Part shown: piece by piece, positions 1 through 8,845 of the stretch
Position numbering within the stretch: position 1 is the first letter of the stretch
Layout of the letters: each line of letters begins with the position of its first letter
IMG/VR virus record: IMGVR_UViG_3300020419_000923
Coordinates: 2,703-66,702 of that record
Strand: one strand, 5' to 3'
DNA: 64,000 bases
DNA from: a virus
Made by a program: the position numbers and the translations under genes
Notes under the pieces: model-generated
The model's database searches: none
What the model saw: only the letters and a program-made list of their open reading frames with translations
Told to the model about the DNA's origin: nothing

Positions 1-315
1 GCTGAACTGGAAACACAGCACGGATACACGCAGGACCCAGATCTGCTCACACCCGTGGTTGATGAGTACGTGGACTATGTAAAGACACTGGACGATGAAG
101 GCATACTAGCACACCTATACGTAAGGCACTTTGGAGAACTGCATGGCGGACAGATGATCAAGAAGCGAGCACCAGGATCAGGAACCATGTACGACTTTGA
201 TGATGCTCCTGGAATCATAGCCAAGGTAAGAGCCAAACTGCATGATGGCATGGCTGATGAAGCCAATGTGTGTTTCGAATACGCAATGCGTACATTTCAA
301 GAGCTGGATCGTTGA
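1..315 (+). CDS. Heme oxygenase, 5' part outside the window
   Basis: Frame open from base 1; AHLYVRHFGELHGGQMI matches the heme oxygenase distal-helix motif; ends EANVCFEY. Confidence 0.85.
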   Translation, partial: AELETQHGYTQDPDLLTPVVDEYVDYVKTLDDEGILAHLYVRHFGELHGGQMIKKRAPGSGTMYDFDDAPGIIAKVRAKLHDGMADEANVCFEYAMRTFQELDR

Positions 316-497
316 TAGTTTTTGGCTACATCCTAGTAGCAGTATGGATCACTACCACTGGTGACATACAAGGCGAAGCAGTGGATTACTTTTACTCGGA
401 AAGCGACTGCTGGGAAGCAGTGGCATATGAATGGGAAAACAGAACCATTGGCGAGAGCTTTACCTGTATAGCAGAAGGCGTAAACGAAACTCCCTAG
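312..497 (+). CDS. Small hypothetical protein with hydrophobic N-terminus
   Basis: ORF track 270..497; likely TTG start at 312 overlapping the heme oxygenase stop; IVFGYILVAVWIT. Confidence 0.5.
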   Translation: MIVFGYILVAVWITTTGDIQGEAVDYFYSESDCWEAVAYEWENRTIGESFTCIAEGVNETP

Positions 498-616
498 ACA
501 TAAACATGGTGTTTAAAACGCATTTAAACGCCTTTTTAGCACGTTCAAACAGTAAACAGCATAACTGTACTCAGAATCACAAGAACCATGAAATAAGAGC
601 CATTTAGGTGGGAAAA

Positions 617-653
617 CCATAGGCGACAGATGTCTGTCGCCATGGTGTGTTTT
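617..653. terminator. Hairpin between convergent genes, probably a bidirectional terminator
   Basis: GGCGACAG-ATGT-CTGTCGCC perfect 8-bp stem (622-641), short T tracts nearby on both strands. Confidence 0.6.
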
Positions 654-665
654 GAGCCTTGCTTT

Positions 666-2459
666 TTAGAATTTCTTCTTATAGCTTAAAAACCAAGTTC
701 TACCGTTTTGATTGTAGCCGTCTGGTTTTTGGTAATCTTCATCAGTCACGTTCATTAAACTGGCAGTGATTGATGTTGATTCATCGAAGTTTATTGAATG
801 GTGTAGGTCAAACAGATGTACTCCTGACATGTCCTTACGGGCATAGGTGCTGGCATCTAGATCAACATGCTCACCAGTGTATGCGTGGGTCACAGTGGTT
901 GTGAACTTGCCTGTCATCTCCTGCCTTACAAAACTTTGATTGAATGACCATTTTGGTCTACGTAAAAGCTGTGTACCGCTTGAGTCTTCAGCAATGCTCC
1001 AGTGTGCTCCGAGGTTGTGTTGCCACTCGTTGTTAAACGCATAGTTGTAGTTTGTTTCCAATCCCTTGCGTTCGCTAGTGCCTGACACGTTCGAATACGT
1101 GGAGTTACCATACGTGATGGCATTGTCGATGTCCGTGGTGTAGTATACCATGTCAAATCTCTTGTAGGTAAAGCCAACGTCCAAGGTCTTGCCTTTTTCT
1201 ACATCCAGCGTCGGGTTACCCGAGTAACCATAACTGTCCGCACCGTACTTTTCATACAGGGTAGGTGTTCGCACACTATTGCTCCAATTGGATCTCAGTT
1301 TGAGATCTTCGGTCAACATGTAGTATCCGCCCAGCTTGTATGTGTAGTAGTCATCATAGTCTTCCAAGTGATCCAAACGTACTCCTGAACTGATCATTCC
1401 GTTCTCTACCACTCTCCAGTTGCTGTTTACAAAGTAACCAGTGTTCCAATGATCAGCGTCAACTGAACTGGTGTATGATCCTCTGTTATTAAACTTGGCT
1501 TCCTGGCTTTCGTATTCTATACCTGGAACTATGTCTACGTTGTCCTTGACGATGGTTTGGCTCAACAGTATGTTTGTGCTGTTACTGTCATACTCATCTA
1601 TCTCTGAACCGTTAGTGTATGTTCTATCATAGGTTGTGTGTCCAATAGCAAAGTCCATGTGTCCGTGCTTGTTGTTCTTCTTACCTATAATTTGATACAC
1701 GTTGTTCTTGTTGTTAGCAACATAGTCCGGATCATCTGAGCTACCATCAAGGTCACTGTCGTTATCCTTGTGTAGTATGTTTGTTTTGATATGACCATCT
1801 TCTAATCTCGTGTAAGTTCCTATGCTGAAGTTACGCACAGAATATCCGTCGTCTTCAGTTCCTTCCTTAACACTGATACCATCACTGTCCGTACCACTTG
1901 CTGTTATAAACAAATGTGTACCGTTCTTGGTTTGATTGTGTACTCGCAGTTCCATACCTTTTGTGTTGTTTGATCCTGCCTTAAATGTTATTGAGTTTTC
2001 ATAAAACTCACCTGTGATAAAGTTAACAACTCCACCTATTGAATTTGGTCCTACCATAGCACCGCTTGGATTTTTTACGATCTCAATTGCTGATATGCTA
2101 GACATAAAGTCTTGTCCAAAGTCATGTAGTCCGTTTGTGGTAGAAGCGTCCTTTATAGGCAATCCGTTCATTGTTACCAATGTGTGATTGCTATCACCCC
2201 CACGCATGAACAAACTTACGTTCTGTCCTGTTGGTCCACTCTGGGTCATACTTAATCCAGTTACTCTATTCACTGCTTGTACGAAGTCCTGAGTGTTCTC
2301 TACTTCCAATGTGTACTTGTCTACGTAATCATATGTCGTAGTAGCCGTTGCTTGATCAGTATTACTACGAGTCAAGTAGATGGTAATCTCCATCATAGCT
2401 GAAGCCACACTTGAATAAGTTATTCCTAAAAATAGAAATATTAAAAATAGTTTACGCAT
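666..2459 (-). CDS. btuB: TonB-dependent outer-membrane receptor, BtuB (vitamin B12)-like
   Basis: Signal peptide; plug motif QSGPTGQNVSLFMRGGDSNHTLVTMNGLPI; GPNSIGGVVNFIT; RTPTLYE..GNPTL..EKG; LLRRPK; C-terminal F. TBDR call is firm, B12 specificity is inferred. Confidence 0.8.
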   Translation of the reverse strand: MRKLFLIFLFLGITYSSVASAMMEITIYLTRSNTDQATATTTYDYVDKYTLEVENTQDFVQAVNRVTGLSMTQSGPTGQNVSLFMRGGDSNHTLVTMNGLPIKDASTTNGLHDFGQDFMSSISAIEIVKNPSGAMVGPNSIGGVVNFITGEFYENSITFKAGSNNTKGMELRVHNQTKNGTHLFITASGTDSDGISVKEGTEDDGYSVRNFSIGTYTRLEDGHIKTNILHKDNDSDLDGSSDDPDYVANNKNNVYQIIGKKNNKHGHMDFAIGHTTYDRTYTNGSEIDEYDSNSTNILLSQTIVKDNVDIVPGIEYESQEAKFNNRGSYTSSVDADHWNTGYFVNSNWRVVENGMISSGVRLDHLEDYDDYYTYKLGGYYMLTEDLKLRSNWSNSVRTPTLYEKYGADSYGYSGNPTLDVEKGKTLDVGFTYKRFDMVYYTTDIDNAITYGNSTYSNVSGTSERKGLETNYNYAFNNEWQHNLGAHWSIAEDSSGTQLLRRPKWSFNQSFVRQEMTGKFTTTVTHAYTGEHVDLDASTYARKDMSGVHLFDLHHSINFDESTSITASLMNVTDEDYQKPDGYNQNGRTWFLSYKKKF

Positions 2460-2925
2460 AAATCCTCCTTTGTATCGTAACTATTGATTTTATAATCAAA
2501 GTGTAAAATAATGTGCCTGTTAGTGTGTTAGCAAAGAACGGTATAGCCGCTATGTAACATGCTATAAGTCCTTGCCAAGTTAATCCATAATATCCTGTAA
2601 GCCATACAGCAAAGTTGGTAATCACAAAAAACAACACACTAGCAGTTGATCCTGCTAGGTATGCGTTGTTGATGTACCTTGGTATGAAACTACATAATGC
2701 TATGGACATGTATACCACCCCCAACGTACTGTGCCAACCAAAATATAAATCGCTTAACATCATTGAACCTAATGCTATTGCTATTCCTGATAATGTTGCT
2801 CCTGTAATCATTGGAGCCATTACTGCTACTGCTAGTATTGGTGTAAAGTTGGGTGGGTGTGGTATTATTCTACTCAAGGCGATAGTAGACACGAATACTA
2901 TCAAGTAAAATAAATTTTTGCTCAT
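2452..2925 (-). CDS. DUF6580-type multi-pass membrane protein (ECF S-component-like, putative vitamin transporter)
   Basis: SRIIPHPPNFTPILAVA, FFVITNFAVW and CYIAAIPFFANTL motifs; about 5 TM segments; overlaps the receptor start. Confidence 0.7.
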   Translation of the reverse strand: MSKNLFYLIVFVSTIALSRIIPHPPNFTPILAVAVMAPMITGATLSGIAIALGSMMLSDLYFGWHSTLGVVYMSIALCSFIPRYINNAYLAGSTASVLFFVITNFAVWLTGYYGLTWQGLIACYIAAIPFFANTLTGTLFYTLIIKSIVTIQRRIYA

Positions 2926-2934
2926 CTTTTCTAT

Positions 2935-2963
2935 ACTATACTACGAGTTGGTTGTTTTGTCAA
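2935..2963 (-). promoter_or_regulatory. Sigma70-type promoter for the DUF6580-btuB pair
   Basis: TTGACA (2963-2958), 17 nt, TATAGT (2940-2935); only 9 nt to the ATG. Confidence 0.75.
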
Positions 2964-3751
2964 GTACTTTCGGTAAAGCACTCTTTTGGTAACGAGTTAC
3001 CAGGTCCCTTTGCTTTTTCTATCAGTTCAGGTAGTAGACCCGGGTGTGATAGTTTTTGTTTGTGTGTTAAGAAGCCTGTTTCAAACCCAGACTCTAAATC
3101 TAATTCTTTCTTATTGCTTATACTTTGTATAATTTTCTCAGCGAATATAGAATGGTTAGCAAGTGTCATATGATTTGCTCTAGTATCTATACTTTGATTA
3201 TACCATAACAACATCTCTTCTTCGGATGTAAATTCTCTATCACATACATGGAAAGTCATGTTACCTATTACCGGTATAAGGTCTGTCCACTCGATGTTTA
3301 AATTAAAACTTGGAATCAGCAGTAGGTGTAATTCGTTTTCAATCTGCTTTACACGTATGCTGTCAATCATTTGTTCTATACGCAATTGATCTATATCATC
3401 ACGTTGTAGGTACAGCCAATAGTCCATAACAGCTCTATACTTTTCTGGCTCAGCAGTTTCAAGGGATTTAGCATCGTGTGTTTCTGTGATACTAGCTAGA
3501 TTGCTTAGATGAGGTCTGTCTTTGAAAAACCATTGACGTGAATGTTCTGTTGTAAAGAATATTACAATGTCACCTGGCTGTTGTTTGTCATCACGGAACT
3601 GCATAGCACTCCATTCATTTGATGAACCAGCACAGGCTTGGTTGACTACTCTATCTATTCTCAAGTACCCTGCTAATTGCCTTTGCCAACACCAATCTAC
3701 TTTCCAGTCAACAGCAAAGCTATCACCATATATCCATAATGTTTTAGTCAA
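2960..3751 (-). CDS. Hypothetical protein, SGNH/GDSL-hydrolase-like
   Basis: IYGDSF, NQACAGSSN and late NHMT..NH motifs. Confidence 0.5.
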   Translation of the reverse strand: MTKTLWIYGDSFAVDWKVDWCWQRQLAGYLRIDRVVNQACAGSSNEWSAMQFRDDKQQPGDIVIFFTTEHSRQWFFKDRPHLSNLASITETHDAKSLETAEPEKYRAVMDYWLYLQRDDIDQLRIEQMIDSIRVKQIENELHLLLIPSFNLNIEWTDLIPVIGNMTFHVCDREFTSEEEMLLWYNQSIDTRANHMTLANHSIFAEKIIQSISNKKELDLESGFETGFLTHKQKLSHPGLLPELIEKAKGPGNSLPKECFTEST

Positions 3752-4523
3752 TGTTTATCTCCGCTGTTACGCTGTCCATTCCTACGTCTTCGCATTTCTT
3801 TACCCATTCGCCGTTTGGATCTATTATACCACTAGGACATTGTATCTTTTCATTTGTTTGTTCACCCTTCATATCAGTACATGCTGAACTTACAACCGTG
3901 TGTACGTTAAACTGTCGGCTTAACAATCTAAGATGTGATTCGTGGTAGTTGTATACAAGTTCGTCATGTTTATCTGTACAACAGTTTACAGAAACAAAAA
4001 CTATTCTCGCTCCATGCTGACTTATTTCTCTATAAAAATATGGATTACCCTTAGGACTTACCTGTGGAAAGGCCCATACGTCATTACAAATTAATGCCGA
4101 CGCTTTGAATTTATTAAGAGGGTCAAGGTAAAAGTATCCACACGTATTGCCGGGGGCATAAAAATAATACTCACCCATAGCATCTATATTATTAGTTAAC
4201 AGTTGTTTATTGTATACCCCTATACATATTCCTTCTCTATAAACACGTACCTGGTTATAGGGTAAGCCGTCTGGCTCTATATGCCCAGTGCCTAATAGTA
4301 AATTTCTTTTATTATCTAGTAAATGTTTTTCAAGTTTAGCCAGGGCCTCGTTGTAATCTTTATTCTTCTGTTCATGGGTCTGATTCAAACAGTACCCACT
4401 TAAACTACCTTCTGGAGTTAGTATCCAATCTGAATCCTTATTGGTATCTATTACGTCTATCAAACATTCTAAGTTTTCTTTTACTTCTGCGAATACAGGC
4501 TGTTGGCTAGTTGTTATTTTCAT
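3744..4523 (-). CDS. Carbon-nitrogen hydrolase (nitrilase family)
   Basis: E-K-C triad motifs LTPEG, YNKQLL, LICND. Confidence 0.85.
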   Translation of the reverse strand: MKITTSQQPVFAEVKENLECLIDVIDTNKDSDWILTPEGSLSGYCLNQTHEQKNKDYNEALAKLEKHLLDNKRNLLLGTGHIEPDGLPYNQVRVYREGICIGVYNKQLLTNNIDAMGEYYFYAPGNTCGYFYLDPLNKFKASALICNDVWAFPQVSPKGNPYFYREISQHGARIVFVSVNCCTDKHDELVYNYHESHLRLLSRQFNVHTVVSSACTDMKGEQTNEKIQCPSGIIDPNGEWVKKCEDVGMDSVTAEINID

Positions 4524-4903
4524 TTTGTTATTCCGTGTGGCGCTGGCTTTCCGTCTTTACCTAAATTTACAAATACAATTTTGTCAACACTTGTAATTGT
4601 TTTCTCTGTTCTCTTATTTCTTACATCACATTGTACTGTAATACTTGTCTTTCCAAGTTCAACAGTTTCCATTCCTATTTCGATTATGTCTCCTCTAATA
4701 GCACTATGATGGAAATCTATATTACTCATGCTTCTAGTAACCACTCTGTCATTATCTAATTGACAACTACAGTATATGTATGCTTCTTCGTCTATCCAAT
4801 CTAACACACGCCCACCGAACAATGTTCCGTTACTATTAAGATCTTTATGGGCAATCATTTTTCTTGTAAAGTATTTCATTTTTTTATTTTTTTTATTATC
4901 CAA
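4520..4903 (-). CDS. Acyl-CoA thioesterase (hotdog fold, YciA-like)
   Basis: DLNSNGTLFGGRVLDWIDEEA; IVFVNLGKDGKP. Confidence 0.85.
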   Translation of the reverse strand: MDNKKNKKMKYFTRKMIAHKDLNSNGTLFGGRVLDWIDEEAYIYCSCQLDNDRVVTRSMSNIDFHHSAIRGDIIEIGMETVELGKTSITVQCDVRNKRTEKTITSVDKIVFVNLGKDGKPAPHGITK

Positions 4904-4949
4904 GTTATAAAGGCCATTATCGCAGTTACTAATACACCAATGCCTATTT

Positions 4950-5663
4950 TCATTTAAACTTTTTCTTCTTGTGAAATATTCTTGCGTATGCGTTTGTTAG
5001 GAAAAATTTAAGACTTGTATCTCTTTTTACATTTTGCTCATCAACAATAGTTTCCATTTCCCATTCATCTCTCTTGAAAGGTAAAACCTGCATAATAGGA
5101 GTACCTGGAGGTATGATTACTTTTTCACCTGCCTTAGTATTCATATGCCCAGGCCAGTTACTCCAAGGTACATCAATTACATCAGTATCAACTATCCCTG
5201 GAAATAAAGTAAATCTTTTTTCAAATTGGTAATATGGTGGTTGTATCAAACATGAATATCCTGGAGGTGTTTCTATGCGCCACGGAACAGAGAAAGTAAT
5301 ATAATCTCTCCGTTCATCTTCGTTCACATGTATAGGACATTGTTCATGCATGTGACCTTCTTGTGGTTCTTGATTTTCCCACGCATCTGGAAATCTTCTT
5401 TGAAACGCAGTAATTTCTTCTTCTCCTGAATTACTTGGCCTTATTCCAGAGTGTATTTCCATTTCAACTGGATTGTAAATAATATACCCTGAAGTGATAT
5501 GATCATATATTGGCATACACTTCTTAACTGTAGGAGGAGATGTCATAGGCTCACCTAGCCATCCACCTAGCTTATTATACCAATCAGGCCTTTCCTTACT
5601 TGCTGGAACAGGCGGAAAGTGTTTTGCTACATGCCTGTCTCCACATATAAATTTAATTTTCAT
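4950..5663 (-). CDS. Hypothetical phage protein, paralog 1 (possibly dUTPase-like fold)
   Basis: PPVPA..PDWY, TVKKCMP, PWRIETPPGYSCL, GIVDTD, GTPIMQVLPFKR. Confidence 0.6.
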   Translation of the reverse strand: MKIKFICGDRHVAKHFPPVPASKERPDWYNKLGGWLGEPMTSPPTVKKCMPIYDHITSGYIIYNPVEMEIHSGIRPSNSGEEEITAFQRRFPDAWENQEPQEGHMHEQCPIHVNEDERRDYITFSVPWRIETPPGYSCLIQPPYYQFEKRFTLFPGIVDTDVIDVPWSNWPGHMNTKAGEKVIIPPGTPIMQVLPFKRDEWEMETIVDEQNVKRDTSLKFFLTNAYARIFHKKKKFK

Positions 5664-6340
5664 TTAAATCTCTTTTTGTTATGCATCATTCTAGCATAAC
5701 CATCTTGTTGTGTATTACATATTGTATCTTGTAACATCATACTAGTATCTATCTCAATAGACATATTCCAATCTTCTCTTCTGAAAGGAATAATCTGTGC
5801 TACAGGCTCGCCGGCTTTTATTGTAAAGCTATGTTCAAATATTTTAGCAGGCCAATTATGCCACGGAACATCAATTACATCAGTATCTATAACTGCTGTC
5901 ATTACTTCAAATCTACTATCAAAATGATAGTATGGTTTTTGGATAATACATGAATATCCCGGAGGTGTTTTTATCTGCCAAGGTACACTTATTACCATGT
6001 AATCTTTTGGTTGCCCAATAGGACATTGAGCAAATGGATGTCCTTCTTGTTCACTAAATTCTTTCCAACCATCAGGATAGTATCTGGAGAATCCTTCTGT
6101 ACCTTCATCAAAATTTGGTTGCGTATGTATGTCTTGATCGACTGCGTTGAACATAATATAACCGCAAGTCATTGCGTCATACACAGGCATACATTTCTTT
6201 ACAGTAGGAAAAGTTTTTTCATTATCTAGATACGTATCTAGTTTTGAATACCAGTCTGGTTTAAATGTGTTAGCAGGCACAGGCGGAAATTTTTGTGCTT
6301 CTTCTTTACCACAAGTAAACTTTATGTCAATCATCTCCAC
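5660..6340 (-). CDS. Hypothetical phage protein, paralog 2
   Basis: Same blocks as 4950..5663 (TVKKCMP, PWQIKTPPGYSC, IDTDVIDVPW). Confidence 0.6.
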   Translation of the reverse strand: MEMIDIKFTCGKEEAQKFPPVPANTFKPDWYSKLDTYLDNEKTFPTVKKCMPVYDAMTCGYIMFNAVDQDIHTQPNFDEGTEGFSRYYPDGWKEFSEQEGHPFAQCPIGQPKDYMVISVPWQIKTPPGYSCIIQKPYYHFDSRFEVMTAVIDTDVIDVPWHNWPAKIFEHSFTIKAGEPVAQIIPFRREDWNMSIEIDTSMMLQDTICNTQQDGYARMMHNKKRFK

Positions 6341-7959
6341 TCCGCAAATGTATAACTTTTAACATCACTACTATCTATGTAGTCCGAATTATTAGAATGT
6401 TTTACTCTTCCTGATCCATGTACTATGTCACCATCTCTATAAGCAAATGGTTTTTGGATTACCACATCAATGTATTCTCCGTAGTCTATACCTAGTGTAA
6501 GAAAAGTAACCCAGCGTCCTTTCTTACCACGATAGCATCTACCATTTGCTATTACACCTGAGAACTCAACACGATCCATCCATTGTTGTTTTACTCCAAG
6601 TCTTTTCGGAAAGCCATGCCACCACCAACCTGATTTAGTTGGAATGTTTAGTCTATGTGCTTCGCATTGATATACCCATGATCGATAAGATCCTTGACAA
6701 TGTTTTATGTTTGCTTTCCAAAACTCTTTTTTATTATGAGCCTTTTGATATGCTAATGCCCATATAAGACGTCCAAGATTAACAGCATGGGCTCTACATA
6801 GTCCAAACCCTGATAGTTCTTGTAGTGCGGCCATAGCTTCTTGCTTACGTGGATGTCCGCCCATCTTCTCTACAAACTCAAGTATCTTCTCATCATTCTT
6901 TTTAGCAAAGGCTCTACGATACATATCAGCTTCGTACATGTCTACACCTATGATGTTTGATATAATATCTATAGCGTCATCTTCAAACACGATACTGTCC
7001 TGTACTGCTTCTTGTGACCAGTCTTGGAACATAGCGGCCTTTTGTCTACCACTCATTGCTACTGGTCGTATCATAGCTGTAGCAAATACACAGTCGTATA
7101 CTGACTTAGGTTGTAATGCTCTAAACAGTCTACGCATCGCAGGAGACTCTCCTTGTGTAACACCTAGCACATCTCCTCTACAGAGTAATTGACTTGTAGC
7201 TTCATCTTGTTCAGGATAGTATTCTAGTTTTGTTATTTCGTCTATTTCTAATAGTTGTGATAATCCTCTGTTTGCTAATATGTCAACTTTCAAATGTTCT
7301 AGATCTTCTACTTCGTATTTGTCTAGCAGTATTTGATTGTCTTGTGATATTAAACTCTTAGGTAACTGTCTTGTAAACATAACTATGCCACCACAATGTT
7401 TTGATATAGCTCGTTTCTTTCCTATTAGTTTTCTTTCAATACGTTTTGCTTCTCTTGGATCAACTCCAACTGATTCATATGTAAAGTTGCGTGGAAGATT
7501 GCCTTTGGCTCCTAATCGTTTAGCCGCTTCCTTCCTAGCACTCTTTTCTCTAAACATAACATAGTTTGATAGTCGAGCAGTCTTGCCTGGCCATCTTTTA
7601 AATATTCTATTCATTACTTCGAGTTGTTGCCAATGCTGAAAGTCAATGTCAACATCAGGCAAGTCGTCACGTAATGGATTCATAAAACGTGCTACGGGTA
7701 TATTCCATTTGATAGGATCAACATCGGTTATACCTAGTAGATAGCAAACCAAACTGCTACCTGCTGAGCCACGAGTCATGTGTGTGAGATCTTGGGTGAT
7801 ATCTATTATATCGCAAATTTGTAGGAAGTAATCAGTAAATCTCTGATTAAGAATAAGTTCAAATTCTTCTGCTAGCCTTATCTTATAATTTTCTTTATCC
7901 GGTACTGGCCTTTTAAATCTATCCAAGAGTAGTTGTATGTTTTCTAAGTCTGTTTTCAT
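6331..7959 (-). CDS. dnaE: Compact DNA polymerase III alpha (family C) lacking the PHP domain
   Basis: RGSAGSSLVCYLLGITDVDP, RFMNPLR, LPDVDIDF, HCGG, KVDIL, RRAFAKK, GLCRAHA, OB-like C-terminus; ATG 7959 follows GGAGG (ORF track starts at 7971). Confidence 0.9.
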   Translation of the reverse strand: MKTDLENIQLLLDRFKRPVPDKENYKIRLAEEFELILNQRFTDYFLQICDIIDITQDLTHMTRGSAGSSLVCYLLGITDVDPIKWNIPVARFMNPLRDDLPDVDIDFQHWQQLEVMNRIFKRWPGKTARLSNYVMFREKSARKEAAKRLGAKGNLPRNFTYESVGVDPREAKRIERKLIGKKRAISKHCGGIVMFTRQLPKSLISQDNQILLDKYEVEDLEHLKVDILANRGLSQLLEIDEITKLEYYPEQDEATSQLLCRGDVLGVTQGESPAMRRLFRALQPKSVYDCVFATAMIRPVAMSGRQKAAMFQDWSQEAVQDSIVFEDDAIDIISNIIGVDMYEADMYRRAFAKKNDEKILEFVEKMGGHPRKQEAMAALQELSGFGLCRAHAVNLGRLIWALAYQKAHNKKEFWKANIKHCQGSYRSWVYQCEAHRLNIPTKSGWWWHGFPKRLGVKQQWMDRVEFSGVIANGRCYRGKKGRWVTFLTLGIDYGEYIDVVIQKPFAYRDGDIVHGSGRVKHSNNSDYIDSSDVKSYTFAEWR

Positions 7960-7996
7960 TATAGCCTCCAATTGCCTAAGTGCCTAAGCAGAGTAT

Positions 7997-8845
7997 TTAT
8001 GATCGGCTAAAGATGGCGTCGGTGGCTTTTTGGATTGTAACTCTTGGCTTAATTTCTACTTCTGCTGTAACGCTGTCCATGCCTTTGTTCTTACATTTCA
8101 CAATCCAATTACCATCTGGACCTATGATACCAGACGAACATTGAATGTAATCTGTTTCTTTATGTTGGACAGTTGTAGCACTATTTGAATGAACAATATA
8201 AAACCCAAACTCTTTGGCAAAGATTTGTAAATGATTTTCGTTCCATACTTTTGCTAATGGATCTAGTTCTTCTCCGTTACAATTAGATGCTACAAATAAT
8301 ACATCAACATTGTTCTTAGCTAACTCAATTGGTAGATAAGGATTGCCCTTAGGAGCACTTCTTGGCATACACCATATGTCATTACAAATAAGAGCAGATG
8401 CTTTTACTTGTTCATGTTCATCTAAATAAAAGTAACTAGGAACCTGTCCAGCTAGGTAACTATGTAATTCACCTCCGCCTTCCCATCCTTGCGTAAGTAA
8501 TCTTTTTTTATAAACAGATACATGTTCACCTGCTTTGTTATAAAATAAAATTCCGTTATATGGAAAAGTGTCTTTGCCTCTTATGCTTGAACCAATACCT
8601 ATGCCCACTCCTAGTTCTTTAGCTCGTTCTGCTATCTTTGTTATAGCTAGTTCTACATGCTGTACTTGAACAGTCACGGGTTGATATAACACAGGCGGCT
8701 GACAATATCCGCTTACGGCACATTCAGGAGTAAGTATCCAGTCTGTGTCTTTGTTTGCCTCTATCATATCCAGAGTACATTCTAAATTTTCTAACGGTTC
8801 TCTAAAGACAGGTTGTTGGAATGCTGTAAGTTTAATCTTCATCAT
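7997..8845 (-). CDS. Carbon-nitrogen hydrolase (nitrilase family), second copy
   Basis: LTPEC, YKKRLL, LICND; clear paralog of 3744..4523. Confidence 0.85.
   Translation of the reverse strand: MMKIKLTAFQQPVFREPLENLECTLDMIEANKDTDWILTPECAVSGYCQPPVLYQPVTVQVQHVELAITKIAERAKELGVGIGIGSSIRGKDTFPYNGILFYNKAGEHVSVYKKRLLTQGWEGGGELHSYLAGQVPSYFYLDEHEQVKASALICNDIWCMPRSAPKGNPYLPIELAKNNVDVLFVASNCNGEELDPLAKVWNENHLQIFAKEFGFYIVHSNSATTVQHKETDYIQCSSGIIGPDGNWIVKCKNKGMDSVTAEVEIKPRVTIQKATDAIFSRS

Noticed and set aside
2926-2963. Cobalamin riboswitch upstream of the receptor cassette
   Set aside because: Intergenic gap is only about 35 nt and is occupied by the promoter
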